Positions 39,826 through 54,962 of a DNA stretch of 64,000 bases are shown here, one piece after another. Each line of letters begins with the position of its first letter. The stretch's first letter is position 1. A program made the position numbers and the translations under genes. The stretch covers positions 124,001 through 188,000 of the forward strand of contig NC_043021.1 in assembly GCF_006345805.1 (NCBI RefSeq), written 5' to 3'. The stretch is from Octopus sinensis (lineage: Eukaryota). Below the pieces are notes generated by a model, which did no database searches, was not told where the DNA came from, and saw nothing but the letters and a program-made list of their open reading frames with translations.

Positions 39826-40562
39826 TCTCTGCTTCGTAACGCTAGCGATGCCATTGATTCGTTTATTAACATTTTAACGCTATCCTCAATATTTTCATGT
39901 GTACAGGTTAAAATAAAAATTTCACTGTTTACAAAAGTATCTGCTTATTAAATTGTCTTCGTTTTGTTTTCTGCTTTTCGTCTTTTTTTTTTGTACTTTT
40001 TATGCTTTATCTTGGAGCATTTCTGTTGCGACCAGGTTTCTGGCTGTCACCGCTTCCCAGTTCCCCAAGAGAAACCACATTAAATTGCGCGTAAACAATA
40101 TTTTCAAAAAATAGTTAAAAAACGAAACCGCCTTCCATGCTACAGCAATGAGGTGGACAATCAAATGTTCCATATCCACCTACTAACGTAATAATAATAA
40201 TGATGATGGTGATGATGATGATGATAACAATAACAATAACAACAATAACAACAAATTGTACTTCCTTATTTTACCAGAAGAGCGACGGCAGATAGGAAAC
40301 GTAGGAATAGACACACATACACACATATGTATATATATATGTGCACGTTTAGGCTTGTTCACGAGCGTCTGTGTGTGTGCGTGCGTGTGCGTGTGTGTGC
40401 GTGCGTGTGTGTATGCGTGCGTGTGTGTGTGCGTGCGTGTGTGTGTGCGTGCGTGTGTGTGTGTACGAAATACATCCGTTATCAAAGATAACACTAGGTG
40501 AACGATAAAAAATATCGTCAACAATATAATGGATTTCAAAATATATAAACAATAATACAATG

Positions 40563-40627
<65 letters not shown>

Positions 40628-40802
40628 AAGCAAATGCAACATTATAATTAATATGATCATGATTAATGTTGTTGTTGTTGCTGTTGCAAAAATGTCTTCC
40701 CATTTCCTCCTCTTATTAATGCTAATGCTATTATAACTAATGCATATTTATTGGACTTTAATAACATCTTTATGGATTGATGTTCTACGTTTTATCGAGA
40801 GT

Positions 40803-40861
<59 letters not shown>

Positions 40862-41280
40862 CGATATTATTATTAATATTTTCATTATTATTATTATTAT
40901 TGTTGTTGTTGTTGTTGTTGCTGCTGTTCTCGTTCGTTTTGCTTGGGGAAGTGCATTTTCTCTATTCTTTTGTCATCAATCCATTTTTCTTCTCCAAATC
41001 ATCATCATCATCATCATCATCATTAAAATCATTATTATCATCATCATCATCATCAACATCAAATTTCTTCTTGTATTTATCCTCATAAGCTTCATCGCCA
41101 TCATCATCATCATCATCACCAACACCATTTGCAATATCCCCGTCGGCGTTGCCATCATCATCATCAACACCGTCAGCATCAGCGCCATCACCACCACCAT
41201 CATCATCGTCGTCGTCGTGAATGAAGAAATGAATGATTACTTTAGAAAAAGAGAACGAGTAGCTAGGCATTAGAAAGCGT

Positions 41281-41313
<33 letters not shown>

Positions 41314-41791
41314 CAAAGTAACAAAAAGAATAGGTCTGTTATAAAGGTGAGTGAGTTGTACTCGGGGGAGAGGGTGGTTGGCGTGGTTGGAGGTGAGGAT
41401 GCGATAAAGTATGACACTTTACCACACTTGCATCGAAAGACAAATAGCGACCTCCCAGAAACTCCCTTCGATAAACATCTTCACCACCCACACGAAACAA
41501 ACACACACACACACACACACACATACCTACATACATACATACGAACATACATATAAACATGCATGTATATATGTGTGTGTGTATGTATATAAATATATAT
41601 TTATATATATCTGTGTGTGTTCATAACAAGAAAGTGTCGATAGGTGCGTGCTCTCCTTTAATGCGCTCTTCCAGTATTAAATTCCTATGAAGGTCAGTTA
41701 GATTCGGAGTGTTTATGCGAAAGAGAGTTGGATCCTGAATAGCTACAGCTGTATGTAATGGTTTAGACTGAAATAACAGAAGAATTATATT

Positions 41792-42190
41792 CTTTTCTAC
41801 TCTAGGTATAAGGCCCGACATTTTGGGGGAGGGGACCAGTCGATTAACTCCACCCCAGAACGCAACTTGTACTCAGTTTATCGACCCCGTAAGGATGAAA
41901 GGCAAAGTCGACCTCGGCGGAATTTGAACTGAGAACGTAGAGACAGACGAAATACCTATTTCTTTTCTACCCACAAGGGGCTAAACACATAGAGGGGACA
42001 AACAAGGACAGACAAACGGATTAAGTTGATTATATCGACCCCAGTGCGTAACTGGTACTTATTTTATCGACCCCGAAAGGATGAAAGGCGAAGTCGACCT
42101 CGGCAAAATTTGAACTCAGAACGTAGCGGCAGGCGAAATACCGCTAAGCATTTCGCCCGGCGTGCTAACGATTCTGCCATCTCGCCGCCT
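41792..42190 (-). mobile_element. SINE family A, composite form, with perfect 18-bp TSD
   Basis: TSD taacagaagaattatatt at 41774-41791 and 42191-42208. Confidence 0.93.
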
Positions 42191-42372
42191 TAACAGAAGA
42201 ATTATATTGCATAAGTCTGATCTATCTAGATATACACACTGTTGCAGAAGTGCATTCAATATATAAGTACATACGGTATGTCCATTTAAAAACACGCCCA
42301 TACATTAATAGAGAGATTAATAGCCTTGATAGATTGGTAGAGAGATAGATCACTGCATGTATGTATCTATGC

Positions 42373-42423
<51 letters not shown>

Positions 42424-42859
42424 TGCACCATGCATGCATGTACGTACGTATGTATGTGTGTATGTGTCTATGTACGTGTGTATGTACGTATGCGTGTATG
42501 TCCTTGTATATGTATGTAACATGTATGCATGTACGTACATATGTATATATGTATGTATGCGTGTGTGCATGTATGTGTGTGTGTGTATGCATGTATGTAT
42601 ATTGACGGTTGTCGTAGGAAATGACATTAATAAATGTCTCGAAATTTATCACTGTACTTTTTCTTCGTTATTTATTTTATTCTATTGCTTTCGGTGTCAT
42701 TGTCTTGATATTATGTAAATGTTTACACCCATACGCCCCCCCCCACTAACACACATACTTGCCCTTCCTCACACACCTACGTACGCACGCGCGACACTCA
42801 CTAGCGCATATATGCGACTATATGGATGCATATATGTTTGTGTTTATTGTCTGTGTCTG

Positions 42860-42900
<41 letters not shown>

Positions 42901-43088
42901 TATATATACATACATAGATATATATGCACATACCCATAGTAACCACGTGCACAAAAGTATGCATGCATGTATTCATACACGCAAGAAACACAACATACAA
43001 GACGCACACGTGCGCGCATACACACACACTCAGATATATATATATACATATATATATACATATATATATACATACATACATACATACA

Positions 43089-43124
<36 letters not shown>

Positions 43125-43949
43125 TATATACATATATACATATATATATACACATACATATATACATACATATATAAATGCAAACATGCAAATGCTATCA
43201 TTTCTTCATTTTTTTAATTGCCATTGTTAACACTGATGTCTTTTGACCAACTCTTCTCTGATACTGTTGCTGTTGTAGTCGTTTTTGTTGTTATCGTTTT
43301 AGATAACGCAGTTGTTGTTGTTGTTACTGCTGCTGCTGCTGCTGCTGTTGCTGTTGTTAGCATGTTGTTGTAGTTGTCAGTGTTATTGTTGTTATTGTTC
43401 TAGATAATGTTGTTGCTATGATATTTATCGTAAAGTAACCACTCTCATCCATATGTCCTACAACGTCACTTAATGATAGTTAAAGGCCAATAGATAATGA
43501 TAGCAGCAGTAGTAGTAGTAGTAGTAGTACAAATGCAGTAAAATATAGCAAAGCTTCTCTACAAAGAGCCTTGCCAAATATAAAAATCTGCTTCGAGTTG
43601 AGGTGCTCTGTGATACTCCAAAGAATCTTTAACTGTTTTAGAAAATGGCGGCATGAAGAGTTTGGGAAATTTTGTAGAGGAACTGCTCATAGTCTGTGGC
43701 ACTTGATTACCTATGAGAGTAATAGCAAGAATGGTATTACTACTAAATGATTGTGATATTGAGAAGTGAGTTATATTGACATTTATACCGACCTAATTCT
43801 GGAATTGAACATGGTATAGCAGTTATTGATAGTGTGTACATGTGTGTGTGTGTGTGTGCGTGCGTATGTGTGTGTGTGTAGACAGGCAGACAGGCAGACA
43901 GACAGGTAGATAGATAAACAGATAGATAGACAAACAAACTGATATATAG

Positions 43950-44119
<170 letters not shown>

Positions 44120-44531
44120 GCAGCGCATTTGTAACTGGTACATCTGCAACAATATACAGCAGCCATTTCTGTAAAAACAGTAACAAATTACCTCTAAAGA
44201 TGGACATGTGCGCGATCAAGACAGCATCAATGCCAGAAGCATCAGTAAATATTATCAGGGAATTCTCACTCAGTAATCAATAACTTAAAACATTGCTGTT
44301 TCACCTGGGTAGTTCAGCATATGTCTTCCATTCCACAATTGATGTCCAGCACCTCTATATATGTTTGTATTCACAGAAGGAAAGCTACTGTTTTCTTTCG
44401 CAACTATGGATAATTAATAATACAGGAGAACTTCCTTCAGTAAGTGCAGTATTTTGTATTCGTATTTTTGTGGAGATTTGGGCAATATACACTGCTCATG
44501 TTATTTCTTGTGATACATTTATATTTGTTGT

Positions 44532-44960
44532 AAGGCAGAGCGCTGGCAGAATCGTTAGCACGCCGGGCAAAATTCTTACTGGTATTTCGTCTGTCGCTAC
44601 GTTCTTAGTTCAAATTCCGCGGAGTTCGACTTTGCCTTTCATCTTTTCAGTGTCGATCAATTTAAGGCGAAGTTGCGTACTGGGGTCGATCTAATCGACT
44701 GGGCCCCTCCCCAAAATTTTAAGCTTTGTGCCTATAGTAAAAACGATTTTTAAAAAGGCGATGAGCTGGCAGAAACGTTAGCACGCCGGACAAAATGCTT
44801 AGCGGTATTTCATCTGTCTGAGTTCAAATTCCACCAAGGTCGATTTTGCATTTCATCCTTTCGGGGTCTATAAATTAAGTACCAGTAGAACACTGGGGTC
44901 GATCTAATCGACTGGCCCCCTCCCCAAATATTTTGGGCCTTGTGCCTAGAGTAGAAAAGA
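44532..44960 (+). mobile_element. Two head-to-tail SINE A monomers
   Basis: Monomers at 44532-44745 and 44755-44960. atttatatttgtt flanks the pair. Confidence 0.85.
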
Positions 44961-45059
44961 ATATTTATATTTGTTTTCTGTGAAGTGTGTAATATGATTT
45001 GCATTATTGATTATTGATCGTGAAGAGTATAGATTGTGTGAGCTGTGTTATATTTTACT

Positions 45060-45700
45060 AAACATTCATTGTAAAGTCTGTATGTTATATGTGAAAACTT
45101 TTAACCTTGGTATGGCTTCTACGTTTTTCTTCAAATTTTGTTGTCATGCTTCATGCTCCAATTATTTCTGGTGTCGTTTTCGCTTTCGTAACCGCCATCT
45201 TCAGTTTTGCTATTTCGAGATCCTTCTATTATGGCACTGTTTCCCACGTCTTTTAGGACATTATTTGAATTGCGATATTCGTTGGGGTGTTTGCATTTTC
45301 CCACTCCTTGCTTATTATGTCTGCACTGTTTTGTTCAATGTCTTTGTTCGGTTTAGAACAGCAGCAAACCCCGAGATGGTTGTGACCCTGTCGTTGCCAT
45401 GGAGCATTTGTTGTCTCTTTTTATATCGAAATCTTAACATATTGTGCAGTGGATAAAGATGCCAATTTGAGTGTATTCGACACGTTCAACCTGGCGTCTA
45501 TATTTACTGGACCATATTAAGATTTAGATTAAGAAGGACTGGGCAGCCACGGCTGATGTGGTCAGCCATCTTTTTCAGCATTTCGCATTGGAATACATTT
45601 TCCTTATTTTGATTTCTGTTTTTATAATTATTTCTGATTAGTTGTTGCTCGTGTCCAGCTACAATCCTTCAGTCCACAGCTTTGGCGCTCTTATTCATAA
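45060..45700 (-). mobile_element. Old Dong/R4-like RLE LINE fragment
   Basis: DHISRGCPVL..IFIHCTIC..DLEI..PEIIGA remnants, with many stops. Confidence 0.6.
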
Positions 45701-45805
45701 CTTTCACTGCGGCTTACTTCTTATACAAATGTTATTTCTATTATTAACATCATAATTGATGTAGTTGTTGTTGTTATTACTGCTGCTACTGCTACAACAA
45801 CAACA

Positions 45806-45837
<32 letters not shown>

Positions 45838-45926
45838 AACTACCACCACCACCAATACTATTATTATTATTATTATTATCATCATCATCATTATTATTAT
45901 TATTATTAATATCATGACCATTATTA

Positions 45927-45970
<44 letters not shown>

Positions 45971-46159
45971 GTCATGAGAACCATAACATTATATCGAAAG
46001 TTGAAAAGACATATTTTACCTGTTTATATTGTAATCATAGAGAAGCAGACGAAACTGTTTGAAATAATATACTTCATATGAAATGACTTTGTGTGTGTGT
46101 GCGTGTGTATGTATATGTAAATGTATATATATGTGTGTATGTGAGTGTATGTCTATATG

Positions 46160-46202
<43 letters not shown>

Positions 46203-46715
46203 ACACCTACACATATGTTGAGAGAGGGAGACTCAAAGCGACAGAGACAATCAGGATGGTATATATAGCTATACATACGCGTGTATCTCTATAGAGGTAC
46301 ACAAACACACACAAACGCACATACAGACAGCTAGTTCGATATCTGTCATCAATCTATATAGAATTGCTGACCCATTTATCTCCATCGTTATCAATATCTG
46401 TACACACGCACATACACATACATACACATTCACAAACACACGGACACATATCTATGTGTATGTTATAAATACATACAAACATATGCTTATATACACACGC
46501 GCATATATATGCATATATATATGAAGAGAGAGATATACATATATTTCCTCATATACCTATGGATATATTTATACATACATATATATACGTATATGCATAC
46601 ATACATATGTATGCATGTGAGTGTGTGTGTATGTATGTATGTACGTATATATATATATATATATCTGTGTGTGTGTTTCGTAATGAGATAAAAACCAAGG
46701 CTTTGTAGATGTGAA

Positions 46716-46789
<74 letters not shown>

Positions 46790-47148
46790 TATATACATAT
46801 ATTGTGAGTGTGTGTGCGTGCGAGCGTATATATATATATATACGCGCGCACACACATAGTTTCAGCTCTTTATCGTCTAAGAATTCACTGATGAGTCAAA
46901 AGAGAGTCTCGCACACCAAACTCTGTCTCTTTCGCTCCACAACCCTCTTTCAGGTGTATAAATAGTGTTATTATTGTTTTTAACCATTATATGCAATCAT
47001 ATTATCTTAGAGCATTGATATCAGCCTCGCATATCATCTCTAATATTAATATTCTTTTCATTAGAAATACCTTTATCATTATTGTTGTTGTTGTTGTTGT
47101 TAATAATAATATTATAGTGCGTTTATTAGCTCTCAATGCTACTACAAA

Positions 47149-47179
<31 letters not shown>

Positions 47180-47181
<2 letters not shown>

Positions 47182-47860
47182 GGGCTGTCCAGTCCTTGCT
47201 AAATCTGAATATATATACCGACACGACGGAGTAAGCAGTTATATCCACCGGACAATAAGACAACATGACAACATTAAAACTGACAACAGGTGGTGTAAGC
47301 ATGTACCAAACAATGTACAAGACAACGACCAGGCCACAATCATCTGGAATTGGCCAGCTCTAACCGACAAAGAAATAAAAGCTTTACTCCCGGACATATT
47401 AATCACGGAATGGGAAAAGTCCCTGTTTACTGATAGATATTGCAGTCCCTTCTGAGCAAAATATTGTCCAAAAAGTAGTGGAGAAATTGTTGAAGTACGA
47501 AGACCTCGAAATCAAAGTATTCAAAATGTGTGTCAGAAAGGTAAAAACAATATCAACAATAACTGGAACATTGGGCAGGATAAAAAATCATATGAACGAA
47601 AATGTAGAAGTTATACTTGGATCCTCAACACTACACACTGTCCAAAAAGTAGCCCTGCCAGGAACATCCCACATCCTACGCAAGACACTATCAATCCAAT
47701 AATACAACCTAAATAAAACAACCCACAAATACAAGACGCTCTATACAGCATTTACCCAGCGAAATAAACTCCCACCAGCAAGCTAGAAAACCAAAGCATT
47801 TTACATGCTCAATATAGAATACAAGCAGTAACACAACAAAATACAGCATCACACTTCAAG
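47180..47860 (+). mobile_element. Dong/R4-like RLE LINE 3' fragment
   Basis: AGCPVLAKSEYIYRHD..IIWNW..LPDILI..KYEDLEI..GTSHILRKTLSIQ*. Confidence 0.88.
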
Positions 47861-47914
47861 GAAATAAAACTAACACAATACAGTACCGGAAAGAGATCGC
47901 ACACTCCCAACAGC

Positions 47915-48235
47915 ACTTTCAAATCTTTTTCAAAACTGCAGCCGCTTGAAACGAAATGTTCTGCAAGTTCTGTGGAACTACTGTTATTGTGCCTGACGTC
48001 GAATCTGTTCCCATTAAACCTTTTGTTTAAATGTTCTGTTGTGCAACCAGCAGAAACCAAGTTGTGTTTCGTGCATTCTGTCGCGTACACCAAATGGGAA
48101 TCTCTACCTGTCCCACCTTCTGTATAAATCATAACATTTCTGTTATGATTCCTGATGGAATTCACTTGACTCATGTTGTTGCACAATGAACAGGGCCTGG
48201 CTCTCTTGCGGCTGCTTTTCAAGGTATCAATTTTC
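47915..48235 (-). mobile_element. Penelope GIY-YIG fragment
   Basis: Highly similar to 8050-8380 (SHLVYATECTKHNL..KRFNGNRFDV..TELAEHF). Confidence 0.88.
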
Positions 48236-48394
48236 TCGCCAAATGATTGCCGTGGTTCTTGTAGTAACTTCATGAATCATAAGAACGAGGGAAATACAGC
48301 AAACTGCGAGTTCGTTTGCTGTTGTGTTTTCTGTTAATAAAGTAACGGCTTTTTATTTAGTAAACTAAATGCTGTTTTAGCTCGTGTATGTATA

Positions 48395-48873
48395 CAGGTC
48401 GTCGTCGACTTACGGCCACAATTGGTTCCGATTGACTGGTTGTAAGTCGATTTGGTCGTAAGTCGAATTCGGCCTATCGGTCTACATAGCTTTGTTTTAT
48501 ATTTTTATATTCTTAAGGTACATTCTCAAGCAAAAGACACACACAGCATTCTGTATTATACTATTATACTGACGTTAGTAAAAAACATTTCGGAGTCTCA
48601 AGTATTTGTCTTGTAAACAAATACGAGGTTGCCTCGATGTCCCCACGACAGGATATTCATCCAGCACTTCGGATAACCACAGAGGTGATCGATAACCAAA
48701 CCTAGGGGAAGCGTTTGTCAGCTGACATCACCCGTAGACGGGTTAATTTCTAAGAAATTAAACCCATTAGATTTCAACTGGACTGTTTATTATTGCTGCC
48801 GAGAGCTGGCGCGCCAATCGTCGTAAAGTCGATCGGTCGTAAGTCGGATAGGTCGTAAGTCGACCACGACCTG
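48395..48873. mobile_element. pogo/Tigger-like MITE
   Basis: 23-bp TIR CAGGTCGT(C/G)GTCGACTTACG(G/A)CC with 2 mismatches, TA TSD, and subterminal gtcgtaagtcg repeats. Confidence 0.9.
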
Positions 48874-49292
48874 TATTTGCATAATTTATTGTTAGATCGT
48901 TTGATAAAAAGATGGTTTGCTGTGTTTGTTTCGGATGTTTACGTTCTGAGATCAAATGTCGACGATGTCAACTTTGTCTTTCACAGTCGGGTCGATAAAA
49001 TAAAGTGCCAATCAAGTATAGTATCGGTGTAATCGACTAACCCCCTACCCTCAAAACTGTGTCTTCTACCTAAAGGAAAAACAATTGTTATTAGTATCCT
49101 GTGTTTCTTTAAGTTAATTATTCATAATTCTTTAAAGTTAATTAAGAATGCAGAATATTTCTCCATGAAGCAAAAAGATGCAAAAGATTCTCCCGAATAT
49201 CGGCTTCTTCCGTCACTTTCCGGTTTTCCTTTAATGGCTTCTACATAATTAATTGATTCTCTTACATCTCTTGTCGTTTCTGCTAACGATGA

Positions 49293-49500
49293 AGGAGGGT
49301 GACCGAGCAGTTTAGGATGTTGTACACATGATCGTAAGATGGTGGTTTCGATTCCCGGTCCGGGCAGCACGTCGTGTTTTCAGCAAGACACTTCATTTTC
49401 CGTTGCTTCATCCCACTCAGCTGTAAATGACTCCAGCAATAGCTGGGACAGACCGACACTCCATTCAATGGAGGAGGGCTCTTGTAATCTCATTGACTTA
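49293..49500 (+). mobile_element. tRNA-derived SINE (family C/D-like, diverged)
   Basis: ggtttcgattcccgg B box, then agcaagacactt..cactcagctgtaaatg. Confidence 0.65.
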
Positions 49501-49629
49501 TCCGTCAGAGAAACCGTATTAAACGCCTCATTGACCCAACTCCAAGTTGATGGCCAAACTTTTTATTAATTCATAACCGTGTTTGTAACACATATAGACT
49601 TCCATCGGGACAATAAATGTACTTTATAA

Positions 49630-49684
<55 letters not shown>

Positions 49685-50035
49685 TGTGTGTGTATGTGTG
49701 TGTGTGTGTGTGTGGTGTGTGTGTGTGTGTGTGTGTAGGCGCAGAAATGGCTGTATGGTAAGAAGCTTGTCATATATACATATATCTACGTGTGTTTTCA
49801 GAGACTATCAGAATAACTAACATCCATAAAAGAAAAGTACTGGAGTTGGTTCATTCGATTAAAATCCCTCAATGCGGTGTCCCAGCATGGCTGCAGTCTA
49901 ATGGCTGAAACAAGTAAAATACACACACACACACACACACATACTTTATTTGTAGGTCAACAAAGCAACCAACGTTTTCATGGAGGCGATCTTCACAATT
50001 GTTCGAGCGTGCCACAGAAACGTTGGTGCTCGTCT

Positions 50036-50086
<51 letters not shown>

Positions 50087-51039
50087 CCTATCTTTCTCTT
50101 TCTCTGTTTAGCTTTATATATATAAGGTTCATTAGACATATTTCAATATATTTTCGATATATTCCAGAGATATCTCCAAGAACGTAGAAATGGCAGAGTA
50201 CTTAACAAGTTCGTCTTGCAACGACGTGGTTTCTGGCGAATGTCTTCTGCTGCAGCCGCGAACCGAACAGAAACCGAACTGGAAACTTTGTATAGTTTTG
50301 TATTTCACCGCTTAGCAACCGACGTTGGTGTGTTAACATCACCACAACAAAGCTTTTTGAAAAGAGAAAGAATAATTGCCCGACTTAAATGTGTGCAGAG
50401 GCAATTTGGATGTTGAAGGACATCAGGGCGTTGCTACAGCATGGCCGTGGGTAAATGACTGGAACAAATTTGGTAACACAAAATGTATGTTTATATGTAG
50501 GTATACATGTATGTAAGAATGTGTTTGCTGTGTGTGTGTGTGTGTGTGTGCGTTTCTTTGAAGCTGTAACTTCAGCAGTGGCGACTATATTTCACGTCTG
50601 ACTGGTTCTCTTGTAAGTAATGACTAATCGATCTTCTATCGATGTCGGCAACATAAACTGTTGACTATGTGATGCACCCTGTGATCAGTTGGAAATCTTT
50701 TGATTGATTTCGAATAGTTTAATGGCTGAAGGTGGTTGGTACATTACACATGTTGAAATATATTTTTAAAAAAACGCTTTCGGTTTAAGACGACGAAAAC
50801 ATGAATTATTGTTTGACTGGAACGTGCAAGAGGCTAAGGTCTCATATATGCTGCACAGTGAGCTTTCGGGTGAAAATATCCACGCAATTAGTAGACAAAA
50901 TCTCCCTGAAGATCTATCAAATAATGAAAGAAATTAACTCAAATATTATCTGAAATATGAAAAATGAAGAGAATATAGGAGGGAGTGGGCATTTTCTTGG
51001 AATTAACAGACGTTTCTGGTATTATTATAACTCTTCCTT

Positions 51040-51253
51040 AAGGCGGGGAGCTGGCAGGAACGTTAGGACGCCGGGTGAAATGCTTAGCAGTATTTCGTCT
51101 GTCTTTACGTTCTGAGTTCAAATTCTACGGAGATCGACTTTGCCTTTCATCATTTTAGGGTCGATAAATTAAGTACCACTTGCGTAATGGGATTGATCTA
51201 ATCGACTGGCCCCCTCCCCCAATATTTCGAGCCTTGTGCCTAGAGTAGAAAAG
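51040..51253 (+). mobile_element. SINE family A monomer with TSD
   Basis: attatt(at/ta)aactcttc on both sides. A partial inverted copy follows at 51340-51475. Confidence 0.88.
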
Positions 51254-52021
51254 ATTATTTAAACTCTTCAGTGACATTTCTTTATACGCTGTTACCAAGC
51301 CATACGCATTTTACATTTTAAAATATTTCAATAAATAACCCTTTCTAGTAAGGGCACAAGACCCGAAATTTTAAGGGAGAGGTGGGCTAGTCGATTACAT
51401 CGACCCCAGTGCTTAGCTGGTACTTATTTAATCGACTCCCTAAAAGATGAAATGCAAAGACGACCTTGGTGGAATGACTTTATCTTTCCTGAAATAATGG
51501 CAACAAAACAACGTCAACACTAAACGGGTGGTTAAGGTGTACTTCCCGTGAAACACTGTATTCATTTATACTCACTTGGAAAGGTTACGGGCGTTGTTAC
51601 CCTGATTATAAATTTAGCATGGTCTAATACTTTAGAAATAATTTTATAGTTTCCTGTATGGCAGTGAAATTCAGTACACTTGCACAGCAATGCCGACCAA
51701 GATTTCTGAAAGTATGGCGTTGTAGGTTGTAACTTAAATAAAAGGACTCATAGTCAACTCGATAAAATTATTTGATGATGAATTATTAGCGGTAAATACA
51801 CAATGATCCAACAGATTTTGAACCACAAAGATTGTTTAATGAACAATTAACCTGCTTAAAACAATTGCACTAACGAGAAGAATTAATATTTGATATTTCT
51901 ATAGCGAAACACATTTTTATTATATTAATCCACTTTATTATGTTGAGCTCTTTGTTCTCCGTATTGTTCATACTGCTGTCTCTCTCTCTCCCTCTCTCTC
52001 TCTCTCCCTCTCTCTCTCTCT

Positions 52022-52091
<70 letters not shown>

Positions 52092-52557
52092 TTGTGTATA
52101 TATATTCATACATACGTGGTGTGCATATAAGTATGCTTTGTTATGTACATATGTATCATACATGTATATATATATATAAACATGTATATATACACATATA
52201 TATATGTACATATACATATGTGCATACGTATATATAATTATATATATTTGCATATATATGTATTTATATATCCACGTGTATGCATATATCTGGGCATTCA
52301 AATATCTACCCACATTATATATATGTGTGTGTAAATTCACGCGTGTGTGTACGTATGTGTGCATGCATATCTGCACATATACATATACACACATACGCAT
52401 AAACCCACACGCATTCGACCACTGAGTGTAGATGGCGCTGTGATAAAACTTTCCATGAATAAATGAGACGAAAAAAAAAACTTCTTTTACATGTATTGTG
52501 TACTTTTCCATTTTCCACTCTACAACAAAATATATGTTTGTGAGTGTATGCTTGATA

Positions 52558-52638
<81 letters not shown>

Positions 52639-52873
52639 GCTACAGTAAGTATGGAGTGGAATCAACACCGCCTCTAATCTCCATTTTATCAACACAATGT
52701 GTCACATTTGTAAAGAACTAATCAATAATCGATAGGCAGAAAAATCGACCGCAATACGTGTGTGTGTGTGTGTGTTCAGCACGTGAGATTACTTATATGC
52801 ACATTACATATATGTACATATGTATGTATATATACATACATATATGTGTGTGTGTATGTATGTATATATGTAT

Positions 52874-52944
<71 letters not shown>

Positions 52945-52960
52945 TATATATATATATATA

Positions 52961-53003
<43 letters not shown>

Positions 53004-54289
53004 GTGTATGTATATGTATATATATATATATGTATGTAAATATATATGTATATATGCACATACATACATACATAATACATACATATAAGTGTATATATGT
53101 ATACATTAAATAGACAGATATTTAGATAGATAGATAGATAGATAGAGACATTTATCAATCGACATACACCCAGCTCGAGATCCTTCTAAAACAAGACAGT
53201 TGAGGACATTTATGTTTTTTCTGACAGCAAAAGAAACAAAAACAAAAATGCGTTTACCTCTTGTATTTAATTTGCGTGTGTGCGTGTGTGTGTGTAGATG
53301 TGTGTGTGTGTGTCTGGTGTGAGTGTGTATACTTAGACATTAAGTGCATCTGCAGATTCTGCTGTCCATCAGTTCCACGCAGTTGCTGTGTGACAAGGAT
53401 GAATCTATAGATTACTGGATCGATCTGTGCCTTGTCAAATGACAAATTGCTAATGACTTTCTGGGTCAACGTATTAAGCCTGACAAAACTGGATCTCCTG
53501 TCATTCAGCTTTCTAAATGGTTAACATGGGAGAGCGGAAGTAGGGGGGGTTGTGGCGAGATGGTGGTGGTGTGGTGGTGGTGGTGGTGTTACTGGTAGTG
53601 CTGGTGCTGGTGAATTTGCTGCTGCTGCTGCTGTTGCTGCTACTGGAAGTATTATGGGTGATGGTAGTCGCAGAGGCGATGGTGTCGCAGAAGTGGCGGT
53701 GTTGATACCGGTTTTAGCATTGCTGTTGGCAGTGGTAATGATGGTGATGATGGTGGTTGTGATGGTGGTGATGACGGGTGGTGTGCTTAGCTTCCATTAA
53801 TTCCAATCGAGACTTGTTGGATCACCGAATACAACCGGGAAGAGACATAACGCTATTCCTTTTCAACTGAAAATCTAACAGACACTTTGATACTCTCGCC
53901 ATTATCAAAAATTGCTCCATCACGATAAGACTACCGACCGTTCTGGTTATAATAAAAATAATTAATTACTTCGGTAGATTGGAAGTAGCTTAATCATGTG
54001 ACCTGTTCCTTGATCAACACTTTATCATCATCATCATCATCATCATCACCACTACCATCCTACTCTTCCTTTTCCTAATCATCACCATCATCATTATCAT
54101 CATCACCTTCATCATCAATGTCATCTTGTCATGCCCTTCCACCTTCACAGATATTCTGCCCCTAAATACTGTGGAATCCATTCTCGCCATTTCTCTCTTT
54201 CTATGTTGCGGTCACACATTAATCCCATTATAACAACTAGATAGATTATTGTTACTATTGCTTTTATTATTATCATTATTATTGTTGTT

Positions 54290-54657
54290 TGCACAGCTTC
54301 TAACGCTGGAGATATAGTACAGTGTCAGCTGTTCACTACCAGGGAACTAAGGTAACATCCCTTATTTTTCGAGCACCATCAGAAGTATTCGAGCGGTTCT
54401 AAGCAGTGCTGTTTTCTGCAAGTGCTCCACCCTTATTGCAGCCCCTATTTCATCCATGTACTTCTGAAGATTTTTACTCACTGTTCCCAGGGCTCCAACA
54501 ATTATTGGTACTACTACCACCTATTTTCAGTGACCACAACTGCTTAACCTCTCAAGCTAACCTCTCATATCTATCGACTTCGCATACCTTGTTGTAGCTG
54601 GGCATGCTATATCTATCATCCAGAATCGTTTGCGTTCTTTCTCAATTAACGCTATAT
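54290..54657 (-). mobile_element. Dong/R4-like RLE LINE 3' fragment in (TAA)n
   Basis: IDIACP..VVVPIIVGALGTVSKNLQKY..LQKTALLRTARILLMVL. (ATT)n on both sides. Confidence 0.85.
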
Positions 54658-54677
54658 TATTATTATTATTATTATTA

Positions 54678-54712
<35 letters not shown>

Positions 54713-54821
54713 ATATTGAGGTGGTGAGCTGACAGAATCGTTAGCACGCCTGGCGAAACACTTAGCGTCATTTCGTCCGACTTTACATTCTGGGTTCAAA
54801 TGCCACCGGGCTTGACTTTGC

Positions 54822-54857
<36 letters not shown>

Positions 54858-54962
54858 ATTGCTTATAATTTTCACCTTACAAGGTATTTTAATATGCTAG
54901 CCACTGATAAGTTGTTTTTGAAAAATGTTATCCTTATATTAGAAGTCATATATGTATGTATA

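Noticed and set aside
40268-40312. CAGAAGA..GAAACGTA hammerhead-like string (a similar one at ~50215-50255 minus)
   Set aside because: The core is broken and the stems are unconvincing.
40740-41417. Long hydrophobic or acidic ORFs
   Set aside because: A mosaic of trinucleotide repeats; 53552-53800 and 62587-63256 are the same kind.
51575-51710. Open AG..GT-bounded segment on the minus strand
   Set aside because: The peptide is unlike CNG and consistent with chance.
53390-53440. tgacaagg..ccttgtca hairpin as a miRNA
   Set aside because: The stem is too short and imperfect, and matches no miRNA I recall.
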